DNA from: a virus
Lineage: Duplodnaviria > Caudoviricetes
IMG/VR virus record: IMGVR_UViG_3300014655_000005
Span: 1 to 40,222 of that record
Length of the DNA: 40,222 bases
Reading direction: 5' to 3' (one strand)
Made by a program: the position numbers and the translations under genes
Shown: positions 16,243 through 24,357 of the stretch, piece after piece
Position numbering within the stretch: position 1 is the first letter of the stretch
Layout of the letters: each line of letters starts with the position of its first letter
Notes under the pieces: generated by a model
The model's input: the letters and a program-made list of their open reading frames with translations, nothing else
What the model was told of the DNA's origin: nothing
Databases searched by the model: none

Positions 16243-17126
16243 ACGCCCCGCTTCGGCCAGCGCTGCGCTATCACGGCGGGAAATGGCGGATTGCGCCGTG
16301 GATCATCGCGCATTTTCCGCCGCATCGCGTCTATGTCGAGCCGTTCGGCGGCGCGGCGAGCGTGCTGCTGAGGAAGCCGCGCAGCTACGCCGAGGTCTAC
16401 AACGAACTCTCGGGCGACGTGGTCAATTTCTTCCGCGTGCTGCGCGACGACGACATGTCGGCGCGGCTGCTCAGAGAGATCGCGCTGACGCCTTTTGCGC
16501 GGGACGAATTCGAAGGCGCTTACGCCGCCGGGCCGGACCCGGTCGATCGGGCGCGGGCGCTGGCCGTGCGATCGATGATGGGGTTCGGATCGAACGGCCA
16601 CAACGCGCGCGTCAAAACAGGGTTCCGCGCCAATTCGAACCGATCGGGAACGACGCCGGCGCATGATTGGGCCAACTATCCCGAAGCGCTCGCGGCGACC
16701 ATCGATCGGCTGCGGGGGGTGATCGTCGAAAATCGCGACGCGGTCGCTTGCATGTCGCAGCACGACGGCCCGCAAACGCTGCACTACGTCGATCCGCCTT
16801 ATCCGATGGGCACGCGATCGCTGCGCAACCCCTACGATCTGAAATACCGGGCGACGGGCGCGACGCACCGGGCCGGTTGCTACGACCACGAGATGAGCGA
16901 CGACGCCCACCAGGCGCTCCTCGGCGCGCTGCGCACGCTCTCCGGTTCTGTGGTGCTCTCCGGCTATCCCTCGCCTCTCTATGACGCCGCGCTCGACGGC
17001 TGGATGCGGGTCGAATGCGCGGCGCTGGCCGATGGCGCGCGGGCCCGCACCGAGGTGCTGTGGCTCAATCCGCGGGCGGCGGACGGCCTAGCGCAGCGCT
17101 CGCTATTTTCAGGAGCATCGCCATGA
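16239..17126 (+). CDS. Dam-like (D12 class) DNA adenine methyltransferase (295 aa)
   Basis: RYHGGKW, YVEPFGGAASV, YVDPPY, VVLSGY, TEVLWLN. Confidence 0.93.
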   Translation: MNAPLRPALRYHGGKWRIAPWIIAHFPPHRVYVEPFGGAASVLLRKPRSYAEVYNELSGDVVNFFRVLRDDDMSARLLREIALTPFARDEFEGAYAAGPDPVDRARALAVRSMMGFGSNGHNARVKTGFRANSNRSGTTPAHDWANYPEALAATIDRLRGVIVENRDAVACMSQHDGPQTLHYVDPPYPMGTRSLRNPYDLKYRATGATHRAGCYDHEMSDDAHQALLGALRTLSGSVVLSGYPSPLYDAALDGWMRVECAALADGARARTEVLWLNPRAADGLAQRSLFSGASP

Positions 17127-17443
17127 ACGTCTGGCAACGCTCCGGGGTCTCGCTGATCGCAATCCCTGAGCTCGCCCGCGCGGCGGCGCTATCGCACGAA
17201 CGGATCGAGCGCTGCGCCTATGTGCTGAGGGCGATGCTCGATTCGGCGCGGCGGATCGATCTCCATGGCGCCTATGCGCTCGACGTCCATGACATCGCCT
17301 TCACGCTGAGCTGCTCGCCGCGCTCGATCGAGGCGATTGCTGAAGGCTTCGCGCGGCCGGAGGTCGCGCTCGTTGAGGGCGGCGCGATCGCGCGTTGGCG
17401 CGAGTGGGCGGTCGAACGGACGCTGTCGACGATTTTCGATTGA
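17123..17443 (+). CDS. Stand-alone homolog of the replication-initiator N-terminal domain (106 aa)
   Basis: AGGAG RBS; aligns by eye to the N-terminal ~95 residues of the 17546 protein. Confidence 0.65.
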   Translation: MNVWQRSGVSLIAIPELARAAALSHERIERCAYVLRAMLDSARRIDLHGAYALDVHDIAFTLSCSPRSIEAIAEGFARPEVALVEGGAIARWREWAVERTLSTIFD

Positions 17444-17545
17444 GGGGACGCGCCTCACCGGCGCGCGCAACTGTTTTCCGGGGGCTTTCTTCATGGCGCG
17501 CATAGGATCGGATCGGCCTGGCCTCTTCGCCGGGGAGGCCTTGTC

Positions 17546-18499
17546 ATGAAGCCCTGGTATCGCGCCTATGTCGGCACCTGCGCCGACGAGAAGATCGCCG
17601 AGGCGGCGCTGGTCGGCGGCGTCTCGCGCTGCGTCGTCATCGCGGTGTGGCACGCGATCCTCGAAAGCGCTTCTTACGAAGAAGCCGGCGGCGCCTTCAC
17701 CGCGACGCCGCGACGCGCGGCGGCGACCCTATGCGAGCCGCTCAGCGTCATCGAGGCGGCGTTCGCGGCGCTGACCGAGGTCGGCATGATCGCGGACGGG
17801 ACGGTGGTCGCCTGGCGGCGGCGCCAGTTCGATTCCGATTCGCCCGGCGCCTCGACGACGCGGGTGCAGACCTATCGCGCCCGCCAGCGTCACGGCCGCG
17901 CCGAGCCGAGCGGGGCCGAGCCTTCGCTGCCGCTCGGGAGCCCCGCCGAGGCGCCGCGCGGCGGTGAAACGGCGTGTAACGGCGATGAAACGCTGTGTAA
18001 CGGTGAGCCAGCGTTTCAAGGGGCCGATGTAACGCCCCCAGAGTCAGAGACAGAAACAGATTCGTCCCCGTCCTCCCGCGGGAGCGCGCCGGCGAACGCC
18101 CGGACGAGGCCGCCCCCCGACAGCCTCGAGCGGCGGGCGCGAGAGCTGATGGGGACCCTGCCGGTGGTGATCGACCCCGATTTCGGGCCGATCCGCCGGC
18201 TGATCGAGGAGGGTCTGACCGAGGCCGACGCGCTCGCCGGGATGGCGGCGGCGCTGGAGGCGCGTGATTTCCGGCCGCGCTCGTGGGCCAAGCTCGAGGG
18301 CTGGGTGCGGCGCGCCGCCAAGGACCGGATCGCGGCGGCGGCGATCGCGCCAGGCGAGGACGGACGGCGGCCGCGCGAAGGGCCGGGCGGCTTTGCGCCG
18401 CGGCCGAAAGTCACGGATTTCCGCATGGCGGCGCTGCGCCGGCTGCACGCCGACGCCAAGGCGCGCGAAAGAGGGGACGAAGGTGTCCAATTCGCTTGA
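17546..18499 (+). CDS. Phage replication initiator (lambda O-like organisation), 317 aa
   Basis: N-terminal winged-helix-like domain, central linker encoded by iterons and PPESETETD, C-terminal helical domain; GGAGG RBS. Confidence 0.8.
   Translation: MKPWYRAYVGTCADEKIAEAALVGGVSRCVVIAVWHAILESASYEEAGGAFTATPRRAAATLCEPLSVIEAAFAALTEVGMIADGTVVAWRRRQFDSDSPGASTTRVQTYRARQRHGRAEPSGAEPSLPLGSPAEAPRGGETACNGDETLCNGEPAFQGADVTPPESETETDSSPSSRGSAPANARTRPPPDSLERRARELMGTLPVVIDPDFGPIRRLIEEGLTEADALAGMAAALEARDFRPRSWAKLEGWVRRAAKDRIAAAAIAPGEDGRRPREGPGGFAPRPKVTDFRMAALRRLHADAKARERGDEGVQFA
17965..18060. other. Putative replication origin (iterons) inside the initiator gene
   Basis: TG(A/T)AACG at 17965, 17975, 17986, 17996, 18028, inverted copy at 18012; purine-skewed tract 18039-18060. 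Confidence 0.7.
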
Positions 18500-19055
18500 A
18501 ACGCGGGGGTTTCCGCTTGTTCCGCGCGAACCGGCGCGGCTCGATCTCAGCCTTCGCGCCGCGCTCGACGCCGCCTACGCCGAGGCCTCGTTCGGCGCGG
18601 TGAGCGAGGCGCGCTTGCCGAGCGCGCTGCGGCTCGGGCTCGAGCGCCGGCGCGAGGATCTCGGCGCGGCGCTGAAGGGCGCCTCGGAGGCGAGGATCCT
18701 CGCGGCGCTGGCGACGCTGCAGCGCATGGTGGCGCGCGCCGAGGGCGACGCCGAGGAGGCGGAATTCGCGATGCGCTGCGACCTCGCCGATCTCGCCGGC
18801 GTCCCGGCCTGGGCGCTCGAGGCGGCGGCGGCGGCGTTCCGGCGCGGCGAGGCCGGCGCGGGCAAGTTCCGTCCGACGGCGGGCGAGCTGAGGCGCGAGG
18901 CGATGCGGCGCGTCGAGGGCTACGCGGAGGAGCTCGCCCGGATCGATCGCGTGTTGCGGGCGCGGATCGAGCCGGCGCGCAAACCCCTCGACCCGGACCG
19001 CCGGCGCGAACTCGCCGAGGCGATGCGCGCAGCGGCGGGGGCGGCGGCGCCGTGA
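18483..19055 (+). CDS. Putative helicase loader/initiator partner (190 aa)
   Basis: Follows initiator; LAGVPAWALEAA...FRPTAGELR pattern seen in loader-type phage proteins. Confidence 0.55.
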   Translation: MSNSLETRGFPLVPREPARLDLSLRAALDAAYAEASFGAVSEARLPSALRLGLERRREDLGAALKGASEARILAALATLQRMVARAEGDAEEAEFAMRCDLADLAGVPAWALEAAAAAFRRGEAGAGKFRPTAGELRREAMRRVEGYAEELARIDRVLRARIEPARKPLDPDRRRELAEAMRAAAGAAAP

Positions 19056-19513
19056 CGAGCCCGCGGATCCGCCTCGTCATCGGGACGCACGACGCGGCGG
19101 CGATCTCGCGGCGCGAGCCGGGGACGCTGGTGGTCGCGCCCGGGCGCGGCGCGCTGGCGCGGGGCGGAACGGAAGTGCGCGCGCCGCCGGAGGTCGCGCG
19201 GCTGGTCCTGGCGCTGGCGGCGCGGCCGGGGGCGATCGTCGCCAACGCCGAGCTGGCCGCGCTGCTGTTCGGCGACCGCGCCGACGGCGGCCCGGATGAC
19301 GCGGCGAAGGTGGTCGCGACCTATTGGCACGCGGCGCGATTCGTTTTTCCCGCGCTCGGCTACGCCGCCAGCGCGCACTACCGCGGGTTCACGGCGCGGC
19401 CGCTCGACGCCGCGACGATTTGCGTAGGCGATCAGGGCTTTGCACAGAACGGCTCGTGTGATACGTGCAGTGCCGGGGGCACTTCATGGCGATCGCTGGC
19501 GCGAAGCGGCTGA
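19052..19513 (+). CDS. Winged-helix protein resembling the OmpR/PhoB DNA-binding domain (153 aa)
   Basis: RLVLALAARPGAIVANAELAALLFGD...KVVATY...RGF. Confidence 0.6.
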   Translation: MTSPRIRLVIGTHDAAAISRREPGTLVVAPGRGALARGGTEVRAPPEVARLVLALAARPGAIVANAELAALLFGDRADGGPDDAAKVVATYWHAARFVFPALGYAASAHYRGFTARPLDAATICVGDQGFAQNGSCDTCSAGGTSWRSLARSG

Positions 19514-20433
19514 TGGACGTCGAGGACGTCGTCCGTTGGGCGTGCGGATCTGAGCTGATCAAGCGCCGCGGCGCCCCTTCACCCGATCTTCGCGCCGGCA
19601 TGGCGCTTTCCCGCGCTGACGCGAGCCTGGTCGGCCGCTGGAGCTGGCCGCCCGGCTTCCCGCCGGTGTCGCCGATGTTTGCGCTCGGGGTCGTTCAGGG
19701 GACATCGGGCCGCGCTGCGTCGGGACCGCCCGACGGCGACGCGCTGATCGTCGAGGCGGCGATCCTGGCGCTGCCCGGGCGAGCTTGCGACTGGACCGCG
19801 CCGGAGGCGCTGGCGCTCGACATCGGCCTTCCCGTCGATGTCGACGGCGCTTTCGCCGCCGCCGCCGCCAACATCGTCGCGCTGGTGACGATGCATGGGC
19901 GCCTCGCCAGCCGGCCGACGATCGGACCTGAAACGCCGCGCCCCGTCCCGCGCCTCGCGCCCAACGGCAAGCCGGGCGCATGGCGCAAGGAGCGCTGGCG
20001 CGAGCCGACGATCGAGGAGGGCTGGGTCGAACGCGACGTCGAGACGCCAGTGGCGCGGATGCGCCGCGACTCGTGGCCCGACGGCGCCTATGGCGTCCTC
20101 GAGTGGGATCCCGATCCGCAGCTGATCGTCAACGACCGGGCCGAATATTGCGCCTGGCGGCTGGCGCTCGAGGCGCTCGCCGAGGCGCTGTCGGACCGGA
20201 TGGAGCGGGTCGCGGCGCTCGCGCCCGCCGCCGCGCTGGCGCCGTGGCTCGGCGAGGCCGACGCGGGGCGCATCCCCGATCTCTTCGGCCCGGGGGCCGA
20301 GCGGGTCTATTCCGGGCGCGAGCGGCTGGCGCTGGAGGCGCGGCGGGCGAGCCGGGCGCGGCGGGAGGTTCGGCTCTCCGGCGGGAAGGCGCGGCGGCCG
20401 GCGCGGCCGGGCCGCGGGGCGGCGAGCGCGTGA
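19486..20433 (+). CDS. Conserved phage protein, candidate late-gene regulator (315 aa)
   Basis: Largest gene near the end of the early-right operon; DVEDVVRWA...PDGDALIV...RAEYCAWRLAL. Function inferred from position only. Confidence 0.55.
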   Translation: MAIAGAKRLMDVEDVVRWACGSELIKRRGAPSPDLRAGMALSRADASLVGRWSWPPGFPPVSPMFALGVVQGTSGRAASGPPDGDALIVEAAILALPGRACDWTAPEALALDIGLPVDVDGAFAAAAANIVALVTMHGRLASRPTIGPETPRPVPRLAPNGKPGAWRKERWREPTIEEGWVERDVETPVARMRRDSWPDGAYGVLEWDPDPQLIVNDRAEYCAWRLALEALAEALSDRMERVAALAPAAALAPWLGEADAGRIPDLFGPGAERVYSGRERLALEARRASRARREVRLSGGKARRPARPGRGAASA

Positions 20434-20654
20434 GTATCTATGTCGGCTCATGTCTCGACGGGCCGCACGCGTTCAAGAGGCTCGAGAGCAATATGGCGAT
20501 CGTTCTCGTGCCGATCGTCCGCGCGCGATCGCCGATCTCGGGGCCGGAGATGAAGGTCGACTGCACATTCGGAACCTATGTCTTTCGGGAGCGCGACGGG
20601 CTTTGGCATTGGCGGGAGCCTGCCGGGGCCGGGCGCGGGGAGGCGAGCGCGTGA
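20430..20654 (+). CDS. Hypothetical protein (74 aa, MSIYVGSCLDGP...)
   Basis: GTGA-coupled; flanked by a duplicated gene junction. Confidence 0.6.
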   Translation: MSIYVGSCLDGPHAFKRLESNMAIVLVPIVRARSPISGPEMKVDCTFGTYVFRERDGLWHWREPAGAGRGEASA

Positions 20655-21079
20655 GCGAGAATCCGAGGTTCGATCCGGCCACGCAATATCGTTGCGCGCG
20701 CTGCGGCGGCGTGTTCGATCTGGTCGAGGACGAGACCTGGAACGACGCGGCGGCGGCCGCGGAGCGCGAGCGCTTATTCCCCGGGATCGGGCCCGATCAA
20801 TGCGACACCGTCTGCGACGATTGCTTCCGGGCAATGGGGCTGCACGAGGAGGAGGGGCCGGTGGAACTGAGGGCGGGGCCCGGGCGGTGCGAGGAGGCTT
20901 CGCCGCTGTCGCGCGAGGTCTACATTCCCTGCAATGCGCCGGCGACGCGCCGGATTTGGTCGGCGCGGGATCGGCGCGTCTACCGGATGTGCGAGCCCTG
21001 CGCCGATCATGCGGTGAGGAACCGCGGCATGAGGCTGGCGACGGCGGACGACGAAGCGGCGGCCGCGAACATGGCGTGA
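20651..21079 (+). CDS. Double zinc-finger-like protein (142 aa)
   Basis: CARC, CDDC, further Cys and CEPC...H motifs. Confidence 0.7.
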   Translation: MSENPRFDPATQYRCARCGGVFDLVEDETWNDAAAAAERERLFPGIGPDQCDTVCDDCFRAMGLHEEEGPVELRAGPGRCEEASPLSREVYIPCNAPATRRIWSARDRRVYRMCEPCADHAVRNRGMRLATADDEAAAANMA

Positions 21080-21204
21080 ACGAGAGTGGGTATGGCGCCC
21101 ATTCTCGGCGGCGGCGAGCGCGTCAGCCGGCGCGAAGCGTTTGTTTGGCCCCTCGCTCCTCGCGTGCCCCTCAGCTTGACGCCCGTAGAACCTGGGAGAA
21201 AGCC

Positions 21205-21555
21205 ATGTTTGACATTCTAGAGCCCTTCGATGGCCCGGTTGTCGTAGGCCTTGAGAAATTCGAGAGGGTCTATGCCAAGGACCAACCTCAGTATCGCCCG
21301 TTGCGAACCTTGCCTGGGCGGAACGGCGACAGTGCGATTGCTCGCTTCCGCCTGACGAAGGCGCAGCGCAACGCCATCGCGGACGGCGCGGATATCTATC
21401 TAGAATTGCTGCATTTCGGGGGACCGCTCGCGCCGAGCCTGATCATGGTCATGAGCGAACCGGCCGACACCGACAATTTTCGTTCGTGGTGGAGAGCGCA
21501 GACCAGGGGTCCCTACCAAATCGACGCCACGGAAAAAGAGGCTTCCAAGAGGTAG
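21205..21555 (+). CDS. Hypothetical phage protein (116 aa, ...VYAKDQPQYRPL...)
   Basis: GGAG RBS; globular-looking sequence; more AT-rich than neighbours. Confidence 0.75.
   Translation: MFDILEPFDGPVVVGLEKFERVYAKDQPQYRPLRTLPGRNGDSAIARFRLTKAQRNAIADGADIYLELLHFGGPLAPSLIMVMSEPADTDNFRSWWRAQTRGPYQIDATEKEASKR
21526..21553 (+). repeat. Second copy of GCCACGGAAAAA(A)GAGGCTTCCAAGAGGT (first copy 15730-15758)
   Basis: Identical apart from one A in the run. Confidence 0.9.
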
Positions 21556-21787
21556 GCGGCTCGCGCTGACGGACCTCAGCGCACGCTCACCGGCGGCGCG
21601 GCGCGATCATTTTGCTGACGTCGCGGAATGATCCGCGCGCGGATCGCGCCGGCCGGAGCGCCCGGCGTAGAAATTTTTGCCTCCTCATTTGAGGCGGCAA
21701 AAGTTACACGCAACCCGCGCGTGCGGCGCGGCGCGCTGCGTCGCCGGTTTCCCGTGAAACGGGTTAACGACGTCGCGCGATCGGCCC

Positions 21788-21817
21788 TTGCCTGTCCGTT
21801 GCCTCTTGTGGCATAGA
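21788..21817 (+). promoter_or_regulatory. Putative late promoter (pR'-like)
   Basis: TTGCCT-N18-CATAGA just upstream of a terminator hairpin at the head of the late operon. Confidence 0.35.
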
Positions 21818-21831
21818 GGAGGGGTCAGAAC

Positions 21832-21872
21832 AGCGCTCCGGGCGAACCGCCTTCGGGGCGCTTTCTATTTTT
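21832..21872 (+). terminator. Intrinsic terminator (tR'-like)
   Basis: AGCGCTCCG...CGGGGCGCT stem with inner GGCG/CGCC, followed by TTCTATTTTT. Confidence 0.65.
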
Positions 21873-21928
21873 GGCCCGCCGCGCGCTTCTGCGTTCGGCC
21901 GCCCGGACCCCCGCAAAATGCTCCTCTC

Positions 21929-22225
21929 ATGCTGACGCCCGACCAGGCGGCTGGACGGCTGATCGCGCTCGCGCGGCGCGTTGGCCGCCTTGCGCCGCGC
22001 AACCACGATCCCGAGCGGTTTTTCGTCGACCGCGGCGAGATCGAAGCGGAGCTGGCGAAGCTCGCGGCTGAGCTGACGCCCGGGCGGCTGGACGCGCGCA
22101 GCGCGTCGGATTCGCGGTTCTCGCCCGGCGCGATCCAATGCCGCGGGCGCTCCATCCTCGTCACCACCCGCGGGCCGCGCCGCATGACCGACGCGATCGC
22201 CGAGGCGCGAAAGGCTTTCCGATGA
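21929..22225 (+). CDS. Hypothetical protein (98 aa, MLTPDQAAGR...)
   Basis: Protein-like sequence; stop overlaps next ATG. Confidence 0.6.
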   Translation: MLTPDQAAGRLIALARRVGRLAPRNHDPERFFVDRGEIEAELAKLAAELTPGRLDARSASDSRFSPGAIQCRGRSILVTTRGPRRMTDAIAEARKAFR

Positions 22226-22542
22226 CCAAGGCCGACGCCATTCCCCTCAACAAGCTGCCGAAGGCCGAGCTGGCGGACAAGTGGGGCGCGCTGAAGGTCC
22301 GAGCCAAGAAGATCGACGGCGAGATCGACGTGCTGAAAGAGGAATTCGAGCGGCGCGGCCTGACGGTGGTCGAGGGCGCGAAGTTCTCGGTGGTGAAATC
22401 CTGCCGCAGCTTCGACGCGCTCGACATCAAGGGCATCCGCGCCGAGATGGGGCCGGCCTGGTGCGATCAGCGCTCGCGGCCGTCCAACCGCGTCACTTAT
22501 GAGGTGAACCCGCTCTCGGCCGAGCAGAGGGCGGCGAAATGA
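22222..22542 (+). CDS. Hypothetical phage protein (106 aa, MTKADAIPLN...)
   Basis: Coupled; coiled-coil followed by beta-rich segment. Confidence 0.7.
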   Translation: MTKADAIPLNKLPKAELADKWGALKVRAKKIDGEIDVLKEEFERRGLTVVEGAKFSVVKSCRSFDALDIKGIRAEMGPAWCDQRSRPSNRVTYEVNPLSAEQRAAK

Positions 22543-22796
22543 CCAATTATTACTATTCGAGCTCCGCTTATCGTTCGAAATTCGATCCGCTGAAGTTCTT
22601 CGCCACCGCCGACGAGGCCAAAGCGTTCGACCGCGGCTGGGCGGCGCAGTTCATCGCTTCGCGCACATACGACGACATGACGAAAGCGCTGAAGGACGGC
22701 GACGCCGGCTTCAAGGCGGTGCTGGAATGGCTGGTCGACGAGCTGCCGGAACCGGCGCCCGTCGAGGGCGCCGCAGAGACGCGCTGCTTCCGATAG
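22539..22796 (+). CDS. Hypothetical protein (85 aa)
   Basis: ATGA-coupled; GAGG upstream. Confidence 0.65.
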   Translation: MTNYYYSSSAYRSKFDPLKFFATADEAKAFDRGWAAQFIASRTYDDMTKALKDGDAGFKAVLEWLVDELPEPAPVEGAAETRCFR

Positions 22797-22887
22797 GTAA
22801 CGGTAACGGTTCTTCCCGCTAGCAATCTTCGCCGGCGCGGCCTCCGCGCGCGGCCTCCTTAACGCCTTCGCGCCAGGAGTTCAGCCG

Positions 22888-23088
22888 ATGGGCGAGATCC
22901 TGCGGCCGCGCTTCGGGCAGCCGTGCTTCGTTTGCGAGGATCGGGTTCCCGAGCCGCGCATCCGCATGCTGCGCGAGGTCGCCGCGACGCGCCGGCGGCG
23001 CTTCTTGAAGAGCGACGTCATCTGCGTCGCCTGCGAACGCAAGGCGGCGCCTGAGACGCGCGGCGGCGGCTCGCCGGCGCGGCTATAA
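22888..23088 (+). CDS. Small zinc-finger-like protein (66 aa)
   Basis: AGGAG RBS; CFVC...CVAC. Confidence 0.6.
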   Translation: MGEILRPRFGQPCFVCEDRVPEPRIRMLREVAATRRRRFLKSDVICVACERKAAPETRGGGSPARL

Positions 23089-23098
23089 CAATTTTGCG

Positions 23099-24067
23099 AT
23101 GTCCGACGACCTCGTGGCTGCGGCCCGACCGGCGGGCGTTCCGGCGCCGAGGCTCACGGATGCACTGACCTCGGCGGCCGGTTACGCGCTGGCCGAAAAG
23201 GCCGACGCCACCAGGCGCGCCTATCGCGCCGACCTTTCCCGCTTTTGCGCGTGGTGTGAAAGCGTAGGGGCGGCGACCTTGCCGGCTGAGGCCTCCACCG
23301 TCGCCGCCTATCTCGCGCATTGCGCCGATTCGGCCTTGAGCGTTTCGACCATCCAGCGCCGCGCGGCGGCGATCGGCTACGCCCACAAGCTCGCCGGCCA
23401 CGCTTCGCCGTCGGCGGCCGAAACGGTGAAAGCGGTGCTGCGCGGCATTCGCCGCAAGGTCGGGGCCGCGACCAAGCCGAAGGCGCCCGCGACGGCGCCG
23501 ATCGTCGCGGCTATGACCAAGCGCACGCCGGCGACGCTGGCGGGCAAGCGCGACCGGGCGATGATCCTTCTCGGCTTCGCCGCCGCGCTGCGCCGCAGCG
23601 AACTGATTGACTTAAAAGTCAACGCGATCGAGCGCACCGCCGAAGGGCTGATCGTCCATATCGGCAAATCGAAGACCGACCAGGAAGGTCTCGGCGAATC
23701 GATCGCAGTGCCGCGCGGCAAGAAGCTCCGCGTCGTCGAAGCGCTCGACGATTGGCTCGCTGCGAGTGCGATCGTCGATGGGCCGCTGTTCCGGCGCATC
23801 GCCAAGGGCGGTACGCTTTTGGACTGCGGCTTGAGCGGCCAGAGCGTGGCGCTGATCGTCAAGCGCTGGGCCAAGGCCGCCAAGCTCGATCTCAAGCTGT
23901 TCTCCGGCCACTCGCTGCGGGCCGGCTTCGTCACATCGGCGCTCGACGAGGGGGCCGACATCTTCAAGGTGATGGACGTCACCCGCCACCGCGAGGTCAA
24001 GACGCTGCGCGTCTACGACCGCCGGAGCAAGGCGTTCAAGAACCACGCCGGCAAGGGATTTCTGTGA
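23099..24067 (+). CDS. Cre-like tyrosine recombinase (322 aa)
   Basis: Core-binding domain ATRRAYRADL...F.AWC; catalytic R (LRRSEL), K (KSKTDQEG), HxxR (GHSLRAG), H (TRH), Y (LRVYD); no arm-binding domain. Confidence 0.92.
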   Translation: MSDDLVAAARPAGVPAPRLTDALTSAAGYALAEKADATRRAYRADLSRFCAWCESVGAATLPAEASTVAAYLAHCADSALSVSTIQRRAAAIGYAHKLAGHASPSAAETVKAVLRGIRRKVGAATKPKAPATAPIVAAMTKRTPATLAGKRDRAMILLGFAAALRRSELIDLKVNAIERTAEGLIVHIGKSKTDQEGLGESIAVPRGKKLRVVEALDDWLAASAIVDGPLFRRIAKGGTLLDCGLSGQSVALIVKRWAKAAKLDLKLFSGHSLRAGFVTSALDEGADIFKVMDVTRHREVKTLRVYDRRSKAFKNHAGKGFL

Positions 24068-24219
24068 TGGACGAGCAATCGCTTCGGGTCCTGGCGCTGC
24101 AGACGGCGCAAGCGATCGAGGGCGCGAAGGCGACCACGCTCGAGGTGCTCGACGCGGCGCAATCCATTCTCGATTTCCTGCATGGCGTCGACGCCGAGCG
24201 CGTCGGCAAGCCGAACTAG
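24067..24219 (+). CDS. Hypothetical protein (50 aa, MDEQSLRVLAL...)
   Basis: TGATG overlap with recombinase stop. Confidence 0.55.
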   Translation: MDEQSLRVLALQTAQAIEGAKATTLEVLDAAQSILDFLHGVDAERVGKPN

Positions 24220-24357
24220 CCTCGGGCGCGCCCGAGGAGGCGGGAGCCGGAGCGTTGGCGCGCTCCGAACCGCGAGACTGACGCTCGCATGACTTTAGCC
24301 GGCCGGACGTCCGGTCACCCCGCCGCCGCGCGCGGCAGGGCGTTGCGAGCATTTGCC

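Noticed and set aside
17449-17480. Terminator before the initiator gene
   Set aside because: Short stem separated from the T-run; too weak to call.
23099-24067. Calling this the prophage integrase
   Set aside because: No arm-binding domain, internal position, and no att or tRNA boundary nearby.
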